Shown here piece after piece: positions 9,160 through 16,969 of a DNA stretch of 58,890 nt (positions within the stretch are counted from its first letter, which is position 1; each line of letters starts with the position of its first letter). Where the stretch lies: IMG/VR virus record IMGVR_UViG_3300044606_000078, positions 1 through 58,890 of that record; one strand, written 5' to 3'. Origin of the DNA: a virus (lineage: Duplodnaviria > Caudoviricetes). The notes under the pieces are model-generated. The model did no database searches. It was not told where the DNA came from and was given only the letters and a program-made list of their open reading frames with translations. Made by a program: the position numbers and the translations under genes.

Positions 9160-10327
9160 GACGATGAAGAAAAAGCTCTACGACGAGGACGACCTGACGC
9201 AAGATCCGAAAATGGCGGCGATGTGGAGCCTTCTCGGGGTCGGGATGCCGGAAACTGAAAGTAAACATAACGACGCGCCGGAAGGGGTGCGGAAAAGCGC
9301 ACCGGTGCAGCATACCGCACCGGTGAAGGAAAGCGCACCGGTGAAGGATACCGCACCTCTTGCCGGTGCGGAAAACTGCACCGGTGCGGAAAAGCGCACC
9401 GGTGCTCCCGCAGAATCCCGCACCGGTGCAGAAAACCGCACCAGTCAACCCATGCAGGAAACTGCACCGGTGCGGAAAAGCGCACCGGTGAACGATGCCG
9501 CACCGGTGCAGTATAATGCACCGGCTGACGATGCTGCGACAGACGCCGTTCGGACGCTCAAAAATTGGGCCCAATTCGGGTTTCTTGCGTTTCTGCGAAT
9601 GACTCTCCCGCCGGATGGTGGCTTGCTTCGCGTCGGAGAACTCTCCCGGGATACAGGCATGTGCGTGAGGCAAATCCAGACGCACTTGGCGGCGCTTGAA
9701 TCCGCAGGGTTCATCGAAACCGTCAGCAAAGGTCAGGACGGAAGGGGTGTAGTATTCCGCACCGGTGCGGAATCCCTCACCACCCGTAGTTGTTGTTGTA
9801 TCTTAGATTCTAAAGAATCTAAAGAAACAACTACTACAGACAATGAAGTATACCGCACCGGTGAAGGAAAGCGCACGGATGCGGAATCCCGCACGGGGTA
9901 TCGCCACATTATCGACGCATCGAAACGGGCGCTCGTGTTTTTCGCTATGTTGACGGCAAGAAAACAACCGGAAACCTTGAGCGGGACGGCCGTGTCACGG
10001 CTCGTCGGATTTATTGAAGACACGTCGGATGAAAACGCAGTCGCTATGATCCTCGAATGCGCGCCGCGAGCGAGAGATAACATATCGGCGTACCTTATCG
10101 GAGCCGTCGAAAAGGGGGCTTCGCCGTCCGTCGCGTCGGTCGAACGCGCGAAAAACGTGATAGAATGCGCCCGAAAGGTTCGCGAACGGATTCAGGACAC
10201 GATTCTCTGGCGAGACTGGATCAAGGCGGCGGAGACGTTCGGAATCCGCATTCCGAAGTTGAGCGAGGAAGGCGCTGAAGCGGCTCAAGCCCAGTTATTG
10301 GAACGCCTCGCTAGATTCACAGGATAA
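9146..10327 (+). CDS. Putative replication initiator/partition protein (winged HTH, internal DNA repeats)
   Basis: Overlaps the parA stop; wHTH (VGELSRDTGMCVRQIQTHLAALESAGFI); C-terminal DNISAYL motif; iteron-like repeats inside. Confidence 0.6.
   Translation: MAETETMKKKLYDEDDLTQDPKMAAMWSLLGVGMPETESKHNDAPEGVRKSAPVQHTAPVKESAPVKDTAPLAGAENCTGAEKRTGAPAESRTGAENRTSQPMQETAPVRKSAPVNDAAPVQYNAPADDAATDAVRTLKNWAQFGFLAFLRMTLPPDGGLLRVGELSRDTGMCVRQIQTHLAALESAGFIETVSKGQDGRGVVFRTGAESLTTRSCCCILDSKESKETTTTDNEVYRTGEGKRTDAESRTGYRHIIDASKRALVFFAMLTARKQPETLSGTAVSRLVGFIEDTSDENAVAMILECAPRARDNISAYLIGAVEKGASPSVASVERAKNVIECARKVRERIQDTILWRDWIKAAETFGIRIPKLSEEGAEAAQAQLLERLARFTG
9295..9900. repeat. Iteron/parS-like array with palindromic core CACCGGTG and 18-bp period
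   Basis: Perfect cores at 9300, 9318, 9336, 9379, 9397, 9421, 9465, 9483, 9501, 9760 and 9856, plus degenerate copies. Confidence 0.85.
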
Positions 10328-10381
10328 AACGCCAGACCCCGCTTCATACGCTTATTTCCCCACCCGCCTGTTTTCGGAGAC

Positions 10382-10420
10382 AAAAAAAGACGGGGCAACC
10401 CCGAAGGATTACCCCGTACT
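10382..10420 (-). terminator. Rho-independent terminator
   Basis: ACGGGGTAATCC-TTCG-GGGTTGCCCCGT followed by CTTTTTTT on the minus strand. Confidence 0.8.
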
Positions 10421-10563
10421 GCGCGGACCCCGCTACGCAGTGCCCGCTCGATGCCGGAGACGCGGACAACGCGCCCCCGAATTCCCGCTTTCGCGGGTCC
10501 GTATGCTGGAACCGCCGTTCCCGACGGGCCCCGTTACTCCTCCTACACCTGGTAGGCGAGCTG
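10382..10563 (-). ncRNA. Candidate structured non-coding RNA (unassigned family)
   Basis: Extended -10 TGGTACAAT upstream, several GC-rich hairpins, intrinsic terminator with T7. Confidence 0.5.
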
Positions 10564-10618
10564 GTGGTATTGTACCATCCCGTTTCAGTTATCCGGAATC
10601 TCCGGATACCTCCACCGT

Positions 10619-11422
10619 TCACGGCGCGCACTGCCGGACGTCGAAACTCGCGCCGTCCGTATCCACGATTACATCTCCAGACGCCGTAGCGTACAGGACG
10701 ACGCCAGTGGCCCGCAGCGCGTCCAAAACCTCTCGGTGAGGGTGTTTGTACCTGTTGCCATTCCCGAACGTCGCCACGGCCAATTTTGGGGCTATAGCGG
10801 CCAAATGCGCCGCGTCTGTGCCCGTCCGTGACCCGTGGTGCGCGAGCTTCAAAATATCGCTTTTCGGCAGCGCGTGGTTCTCCCATTCGGCCCTTTCCAC
10901 ATCGGCCGTCATGAGGAACGAGACGCGCCCGTACGCGACCCGAAGGATGATCGAGTTGTTGTTCGCCCCGACGCCGCGCCATCTCCGATCCGGCGCCAGA
11001 ATCTCCACTTCGGCCTGACCGATCGTCTCCTTGAATCCGGCCTTCGGCGTGCCGAAACGGATCCCCTCCTTGAGTATCGTCCGCATGATCGACTGCTGGA
11101 GCCGGGAGCCCTGTTCGTATCCCGAATCCCAGACGCGCCCGACGCGGAACGCCCGGATCAATTCGTTGAAGCCGCCGATATGATCCTCGTGCGGATGCGT
11201 CAAGACGACGACATCGAGCGAAACGACGCCGGCGGAACGGAGATAGCCGACAAGTCGCTTCCCGGCTTCAGTCGGCCCGACATCGACGAGCATGCTCCTG
11301 CCGTCGTCGAACCGGAAAAGCGTCGCGTCGCCCTGCCCAACGCCGATGAAGTGCGCCGTAAGCGCGTGACAGGGGAAGGCGAGAAGCAGGAGAACGAAGA
11401 GACAGGAGAGAACGCGCCTCAT
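10619..11422 (-). CDS. Exported ComEC/Rec2-type metallo-beta-lactamase-fold hydrolase (probable nuclease)
   Basis: Signal peptide; VGQGDA, THPHEDHIGG, NNNS, HHGS and YKHPH motifs. Confidence 0.9.
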   Translation of the reverse strand: MRRVLSCLFVLLLLAFPCHALTAHFIGVGQGDATLFRFDDGRSMLVDVGPTEAGKRLVGYLRSAGVVSLDVVVLTHPHEDHIGGFNELIRAFRVGRVWDSGYEQGSRLQQSIMRTILKEGIRFGTPKAGFKETIGQAEVEILAPDRRWRGVGANNNSIILRVAYGRVSFLMTADVERAEWENHALPKSDILKLAHHGSRTGTDAAHLAAIAPKLAVATFGNGNRYKHPHREVLDALRATGVVLYATASGDVIVDTDGASFDVRQCAP

Positions 11423-11943
11423 GAGGAAAGGGCCTCTCCGATAGACTTGAGCTTGTCTCCCGACAGCCCCCGCTCGATCGCGACGTTGAACGCCGTTACG
11501 AGCGCGTCCCGCGAGTAGCCGAGTTCCGGACCGATGTCGAGAACGATCTTCGCGAGCTTCGGCAGGTACTTCTTGTCCGTCGCCCATTTCCCGGCCAGCC
11601 CCGACAGGAACATCCAGACGTTATCGGTATTGTCCCGACAGACCGGATAGAGCCGGGCTATCAGATCCTCGTACGCCCGGAACGCCGCTTCGTTGCTCGG
11701 ATACGACGCGAATCCGGAGACCTTCGTTTCCGGTCCCGACGGAAGGTCCTCCCACGTCCGGGCGTCGAAACAATCGCCCCCGAGACGCTTCCAACGACGG
11801 GTGCATTTGATTCCCCAGTGGTTCCGGTGGATCGTCATAGGTATCGACGAGAAGCGCCCCGTCTCCAGAACCGCCTGAGCGGTGCAGGCGAGGGCGTTCA
11901 CGCGATACCCGAGAGCCATTGCATGGAACGCCCTCGCGTCCAT
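11419..11943 (-). CDS. Glucosaminidase (GH73/FlgJ-like) endolysin
   Basis: AQAVLETG...NHWGIK...TWE...FASYPS...WATDKKY. Confidence 0.8.
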   Translation of the reverse strand: MDARAFHAMALGYRVNALACTAQAVLETGRFSSIPMTIHRNHWGIKCTRRWKRLGGDCFDARTWEDLPSGPETKVSGFASYPSNEAAFRAYEDLIARLYPVCRDNTDNVWMFLSGLAGKWATDKKYLPKLAKIVLDIGPELGYSRDALVTAFNVAIERGLSGDKLKSIGEALSS

Positions 11944-12362
11944 TACTTCCCGACCCCTTCGGCCTTCGCCACTTTCGCGACGGCTTCCTTCGACGTCAGG
12001 CCCCACTCCTTGCCGTATTTCTTGTTCAGCGCGGCCACGGCCGAATCGACGAGCCAACCGAGAATCATGTCGTCCACCCATTCCATGTAGACGGGCAGCT
12101 TGATCCACGCGTCGAGATACGCGACGGCCGCCTTTTTCTTCTCCGCGCTCGTCACGAGCACCTTCAGCTCGTTCTTGAGTTCCCCGGCGCAGTATTCGAC
12201 GCACAGCACCGCTCGCGCCGCAAGGTCCTGAAGCAGCGCCCAGTTCGCCTTGATCTCCGCGAGGGAATCCCACTCGCTCAATTCATCGCACTTGCCCCAG
12301 ACGTACACAAGATCCGAATACAGCGCCTTGACCTTCGCAAGAATCTTTTCCACGATATTCAT
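11943..12362 (-). CDS. Lysis-cassette hypothetical protein (possible holin-like)
   Basis: ATG at 12362 with an RBS; lies between two lysins. Confidence 0.55.
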   Translation of the reverse strand: MNIVEKILAKVKALYSDLVYVWGKCDELSEWDSLAEIKANWALLQDLAARAVLCVEYCAGELKNELKVLVTSAEKKKAAVAYLDAWIKLPVYMEWVDDMILGWLVDSAVAALNKKYGKEWGLTSKEAVAKVAKAEGVGK

Positions 12363-12373
12363 CCCCAGTCCTC

Positions 12374-12724
12374 CTATTTGAGATAGAGCGCGACCGCCGC
12401 AGATATCAGGCAGCCGGCCAGAATGACCGCGCACTCCCGCACGGCCCCCGCAACCTGGGAGTTCCACCAGCTTTGCGGATCGTGCCCCCCGCGTTCCAGG
12501 AACGCCTTCCCCTGTTCGTATACCGCTTCCCGGACGATGCAGGTTTCCCGGATCTTCGAGACGGTCTTGTAGAACTCCTTGATCTCCCCTCGCATGTCCG
12601 AAACGCTCTGTTCGAGCGTGTCGAGCCGCTGCGAGTGCAAGGCCAATTGCGTCATGGCCTTGGATATCTCCTTGATGCTGTCGCGGATTTCCTCGATGTC
12701 GCGTTCGATCTTTTGCGAGTCCAA
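12374..12724 (-). CDS. Coiled-coil protein with C-terminal TM helix (holin/hemolysin-like)
   Basis: Coiled coil then AVILAGCLISAAVALYLK; in the lysis cassette. Confidence 0.55.
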   Translation of the reverse strand: MDSQKIERDIEEIRDSIKEISKAMTQLALHSQRLDTLEQSVSDMRGEIKEFYKTVSKIRETCIVREAVYEQGKAFLERGGHDPQSWWNSQVAGAVRECAVILAGCLISAAVALYLK

Positions 12725-12727
12725 ACC

Positions 12728-13102
12728 CTACCCCCTCCACTCCCGCAAATGGCCGTCCGCCGCATGGAACACGTCCACATGCACGAACGTCTCGTACAGC
12801 CCGAGCCCGCCGAGTTCCGGCAGTTGCCCCTCCGACCATGCCCGGCGGATCATCGTGTGGAACGTACCGTTGCTCACCTTGTGCTGCCGAAGATCGGCGG
12901 CCATCCCGAGGACGTGCTTCGACCCCGATGCGGCGTTTTTGATTTCGGCGTTGTGCTTCGGGCAGCGGTAGCCGGACAGGACAATGACGGGCGCGTCGAT
13001 CATGGCGCGGATCTTCTCCAGAAGCTGGATCAGAACGTCGTTGCGGATGTACGCGCCGCAGCACTTGCAGCGCATTTCCGATTCGGCGAAATGGCCTCCC
13101 AC
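12728..13102 (-). CDS. Peptidase M15A family endolysin (D-Ala-D-Ala carboxypeptidase fold)
   Basis: HF..SEM.CKCCG, SGYRCPKHN, S.H..G.AAD, FVHVDV. Confidence 0.9.
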   Translation of the reverse strand: MGGHFAESEMRCKCCGAYIRNDVLIQLLEKIRAMIDAPVIVLSGYRCPKHNAEIKNAASGSKHVLGMAADLRQHKVSNGTFHTMIRRAWSEGQLPELGGLGLYETFVHVDVFHAADGHLREWRG

Positions 13103-13256
13103 ATCACCCACCTCCAAATGAAAGGGGCGGCCCCGAAGGACCGCCCCCAATGTGCGAAAACGCGTCGCGCCTATAATAAGGAATCTTGAACGCCCCCCTT
13201 ATTAAAGGCGGCTACCATACGACCGCCCCAACTGCCGAGGAATCCTCGGTAGTTCG

Positions 13257-13862
13257 CTACCACTCGACCGCATCTACCTCCGCAACGGTCGCCGCCGCGT
13301 CGATCAGAACGCACTTCGCCGCCTCCGCGTCGAAACACGCCTGAACGTGCGCCCGCACCGCATCGGCCACCGCGATTATCGTTGCCGCATTGAGCGAGAC
13401 GAACCCGCTCTCCGCTTTCCACGTGCAGGTGTATTCCGCGTCCTGCGTTGCTTTCAAAGCGGCCCCGGTTATGAGCGCCTGTGACTCCCGGTCAGTTCGA
13501 ACCGTCACGCCGCTGACCGTTACGCCTGCGATTTCAGCGGCATACCGCGCCGCTGCGATCTCCGCCCTTTTCGCCGCCTTCGCGTCCGAGAGAATGGACG
13601 CGATTTCCTCCGTGCTCAAGCCTTCCACCGTCCACGTCGCCGTCACGTGGTCCCCGTCGAGCGTCAGCATCGGCCCCACAAGTCGCTGCGTATTCGGGTC
13701 ATGCTCCGGCTGGTTGCCGACGACCGGATATACGCCGATCGCCGCAAGTTGCGATGCGGACAGTTCGGACAAAGACGTGCGGGTATTCCCGTCGACCAAC
13801 GTGACGCGGAACGGAAGGCAGTCGAAAATCAGCTTTTCGTCGTTTCGTATCTGACAGTACAT
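13257..13862 (-). CDS. Tail fibre assembly-like protein (DUF4376-like)
   Basis: AAARYAAEIAGV...TDRESQ...WK...HVQACFDAE...VEW. Confidence 0.75.
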   Translation of the reverse strand: MYCQIRNDEKLIFDCLPFRVTLVDGNTRTSLSELSASQLAAIGVYPVVGNQPEHDPNTQRLVGPMLTLDGDHVTATWTVEGLSTEEIASILSDAKAAKRAEIAAARYAAEIAGVTVSGVTVRTDRESQALITGAALKATQDAEYTCTWKAESGFVSLNAATIIAVADAVRAHVQACFDAEAAKCVLIDAAATVAEVDAVEW

Positions 13863-13870
13863 GGTTCCTC

Positions 13871-14578
13871 CTACGGATTCGGACCGTTACCGGCCAAGAC
13901 CGCGATTTCGACGGCCGTCAACGCTCTGGAATAGAGACGCACGTCGGCAATTGTGCCGTACCAGTAGAGCCCGGCATAGGCTCCCAGACGCCCTATCGCG
14001 AGGTACGTGTCTCCAGCGGCGGCCGTTACCACTTGGCTGCCGAGCAGCGTCGCGCCTCGGTATGCTTTGGCCGTCGAACCATCATACGACAACACCATGA
14101 GCGTTTTTACATTCGTAGGGTAATTCGTTATCGTCAATTCGTTTGTAACCATGAGTTCGGTAGTTGAGCATACACATGCTGACAGTGTCGTCAATGCCGA
14201 GGCTTGTGTGTATATACCCCAGATTGAGATGTTTGAACTGGTTGAGTCTCCCGCTGCGATTGCGCAACGACGGGCACTGAAGTTGACGGGCGTCACCCAG
14301 ACAGACATCGAAAACTGTGCCGGACGTGTTTTCGTGCACGAAAGCCATTGTGCGCTCCCATTGAACGAAGCGCCGTTTTCTGAGAATGTCACTGCTCCGT
14401 TGTTCGTTAAGTTGAGTGTTCCGACAATATCGTTGGCGTTCGACGTAAGCGGCCATCGGTGCAACAAGCCGTAAGTAACGTCGGTGAACCGTATTTGGTT
14501 TACGTTCAGAAGAACGTCCTTCAAGCGCCACAGACCGCTTTTCGATGTGTTCGGAGCGCCAATTATCCCGCCGTTCAT
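13871..14578 (-). CDS. LamG/concanavalin-like jelly-roll tail protein
   Basis: WPL..NANDIVG...GASFNG...G.IADVRLYSRALT..EI. Confidence 0.8.
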   Translation of the reverse strand: MNGGIIGAPNTSKSGLWRLKDVLLNVNQIRFTDVTYGLLHRWPLTSNANDIVGTLNLTNNGAVTFSENGASFNGSAQWLSCTKTRPAQFSMSVWVTPVNFSARRCAIAAGDSTSSNISIWGIYTQASALTTLSACVCSTTELMVTNELTITNYPTNVKTLMVLSYDGSTAKAYRGATLLGSQVVTAAAGDTYLAIGRLGAYAGLYWYGTIADVRLYSRALTAVEIAVLAGNGPNP

Positions 14579-14910
14579 CAGACGTCCTTCTCCATCCACG
14601 ACGCTGTTACTTCAAGGTCGCCCTCCGCGCTCGCCATCCCCTTCAGCGAGTCGCCAGCGCACAGTACGAGCTTACCTTCTATCGGGACGAACGCCGCGGC
14701 CGTAGGGACGGATACCGTTTTGCACAGGTACGCTTCCTTGTTGCTGTTGTTTGCATCGACCGTTGACAATGAAACGTCCGCTGCGTTCGTCCCGTCGATG
14801 TTCGATACCTGCATCCCGAGGATGATGTATACTTTCCCGGACGGAACCGTGAGAAGCGTTGCTGCGCTTGTCGTCAGGCTGAACGATTTCATTTCGAATG
14901 TCACTGCCAT
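14578..14910 (-). CDS. Tail-associated hypothetical protein
   Basis: Clean ORF with RBS in the tail-fibre region. Confidence 0.65.
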   Translation of the reverse strand: MAVTFEMKSFSLTTSAATLLTVPSGKVYIILGMQVSNIDGTNAADVSLSTVDANNSNKEAYLCKTVSVPTAAAFVPIEGKLVLCAGDSLKGMASAEGDLEVTASWMEKDV

Positions 14911-14925
14911 TTCTCCATCGCCTCC

Positions 14926-16389
14926 TTACGCGAGCGCGATTATCAACGCAACTACGTCGTCTTCTGTCAGTTGCGCCGCGTCGATCCCATCGAGTTTCGT
15001 TTTGTCCGTGGCGCTCATGAGCCCGTTCGAGCTCGTCGTCGCGACATCGGTGCTCGCAATTGTCTTGTCGCTAATCTTCGCGTTCAGCTCCGCGAGCGTG
15101 CACGCTGTATGAGAGTCGAGCGTGTGCGCCGCAGGTGCGTAGTCGGCGGGCGGATCCGTCACGCCGGACCACGGGCACGCCTCGGCCGTTCCCGCAGTCG
15201 TCGCGCTTCCGGCGGTCGTCGCGTATGCGGCAGTGTCGGCGGTTTCGGCGGCGTCCACCTTTCCGTCGTTGTCCGTGTCGTAGACCGCTTTCGTCATGTC
15301 GCCCGTGCCAGTGCCGTCCGCGCCCTTGAGCGCGAGAAAATCCCAGTACGCGTCGGCCGTGCTGACCGGCGGCGTCTGCCCCGTGCTCGACTGGAGCGCG
15401 ATGTATGAATTGCCGCCGTTCGACACGCCGTCGCCCGCTGCGTACGTCGTCCCGACCAGCCACGCGCCTTTCCACGTCATTCCGGCCGGACCGGTATCCC
15501 CCTTCAAGCCGGTCGGGCCCTTGATGGACCCCTTGATGCTCCACGCACCGGCGGCCTTCTGATAGACGTTGCCGGTGACAGTATCCAAGTTCCAGTCGCC
15601 GTTGATGCCGGTCGATGTCGAAGGAGCGCCGGACGAGGAATACCACTGGCTGCCGGGTGCTCCCGTCGCGCCGGTCGAGCCGGTCAAGCCGGTCGGCCCC
15701 GTCGGTCCCGTCGCCCCCGTAGGCCCCTTGAGCGAGAGAAGCAGCGTCCACGCGCCGGCAGAGCGGGAGTAGAAGTTTCCCGTCGCCGTGTCCATGTAGT
15801 AGTCGCCCGCGATGCCGACAGAGAGCGACGGCGTTCCGGAACCGTAGTAGATGACGGACCCGGCAGCTCCGGCCGCGCCCGTAGAGCCCTTGATGGAGCC
15901 GCGAGCGACCCACGCGCCGGCTTCCTTTTTGTAGAAGTCGAACGTGGTCAGGTTGATGTAGTAATCGCCGTCGATGCCTCCGGACACTGGTGCTCCCGCT
16001 CCCGACAGGATCGTATTGCCGTTGTCTCCAGAGTCGCCCTTGTCGCCTTTCAGGTTCGTCTGCAATGCAGTCTTCCATTCGGCCAAATACGCCGTTATCC
16101 GGTTCGCCAGGTTCGTGGACATGCTGGCCATCCCGGTGAAATTCCGCATGATCGTGTACGTCGCGCCCGATGCGTCCGCCCCGGCGTAGTTGACCTTCAG
16201 AACAACGTGCGTATTGTCCGTAACGCTCGCGATCTCATAGAGCGACGATGCGACGCCGTCCGTCGTGATCGCGAATATGTCTCCCGCATAGACCTGCGTT
16301 TCCCACGACGTTCCGGAGCCGACGACCGACGTGCTCCCGTTCGCCACCGTGACCGTTCCTGTGGTGTACCATCCTGCCAGATCGCTCAA
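14926..16389 (-). CDS. Tail fibre with collagen-like GXY repeats and a carbohydrate-binding-like module
   Basis: WY.TGTVTV.NGS N-terminus, GPTGATGPTG runs, three G.PS..GI.GD..K.AGAW repeats, W...TTY..GD.VS..G.SY. Confidence 0.8.
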   Translation of the reverse strand: MSDLAGWYTTGTVTVANGSTSVVGSGTSWETQVYAGDIFAITTDGVASSLYEIASVTDNTHVVLKVNYAGADASGATYTIMRNFTGMASMSTNLANRITAYLAEWKTALQTNLKGDKGDSGDNGNTILSGAGAPVSGGIDGDYYINLTTFDFYKKEAGAWVARGSIKGSTGAAGAAGSVIYYGSGTPSLSVGIAGDYYMDTATGNFYSRSAGAWTLLLSLKGPTGATGPTGPTGLTGSTGATGAPGSQWYSSSGAPSTSTGINGDWNLDTVTGNVYQKAAGAWSIKGSIKGPTGLKGDTGPAGMTWKGAWLVGTTYAAGDGVSNGGNSYIALQSSTGQTPPVSTADAYWDFLALKGADGTGTGDMTKAVYDTDNDGKVDAAETADTAAYATTAGSATTAGTAEACPWSGVTDPPADYAPAAHTLDSHTACTLAELNAKISDKTIASTDVATTSSNGLMSATDKTKLDGIDAAQLTEDDVVALIIALA

Positions 16390-16586
16390 ACGCTCTCACC
16401 TCCGCAAAAAGGAAGGGACTTCCTGATTTCAGAGAGCCCCTTCACGAGTTCGTTCAGTTTGTCCGGCCTGCCCTGCGCGTATTCCGTGATCGCTTCGAGC
16501 TGCGTTTCGACCGGGTATTTCTCAAGGTACTTCCTCTTGCGCCGCTCCCGCACCTCGTCGTCTGGGGGCCTATGCGTCACTCTCAT
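16386..16586 (-). CDS. Small tail-associated protein
   Basis: RRKRKYL..YPVETQLEA motif. Confidence 0.6.
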   Translation of the reverse strand: MRVTHRPPDDEVRERRKRKYLEKYPVETQLEAITEYAQGRPDKLNELVKGLSEIRKSLPFCGGESV

Positions 16587-16960
16587 GTCGTTACCTCCCC
16601 GCGCCACGTCCGATACGGCCACGAATCTATCGTGAGCTTGAACGTCGCGTGAATCGGCGTCTCGAACTCGAACGCTCCGTCATCGACCGTGTATTCCGTC
16701 CCGTCCACCGTGACCGTCGAAGGGACCGGAAGCCCTGATATGCAGAACCCGCCCGCGCCGGCAGTGATTGCCGGGTCGAGGGCGGGGCGCTCGGTCACGA
16801 TGCTTTTGTCCGTGACGTAAAACTCCGACGAATCGACCGGACCGTGCTTCAGAATCCGGCGTTTGTACGCGAACTGGAGCAACGTCGTCGGGTCGCGGTC
16901 GTCGAACTCGAAATACGAAAGGATCTCCCCGCGAGGGGAGAGGTTCAGATATTGGGCCAT
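16583..16960 (-). CDS. Tail hypothetical protein
   Basis: Coupled ORF between the tail tip and fibre genes. Confidence 0.6.
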   Translation of the reverse strand: MAQYLNLSPRGEILSYFEFDDRDPTTLLQFAYKRRILKHGPVDSSEFYVTDKSIVTERPALDPAITAGAGGFCISGLPVPSTVTVDGTEYTVDDGAFEFETPIHATFKLTIDSWPYRTWRGEVTT

Positions 16961-16969
16961 TTCGTCACC

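Noticed and set aside
9295-9530. 18-bp repeats as a CRISPR array or pure protein repeat
   Set aside because: There are no unique spacers, and the repeats are translated in different frames.
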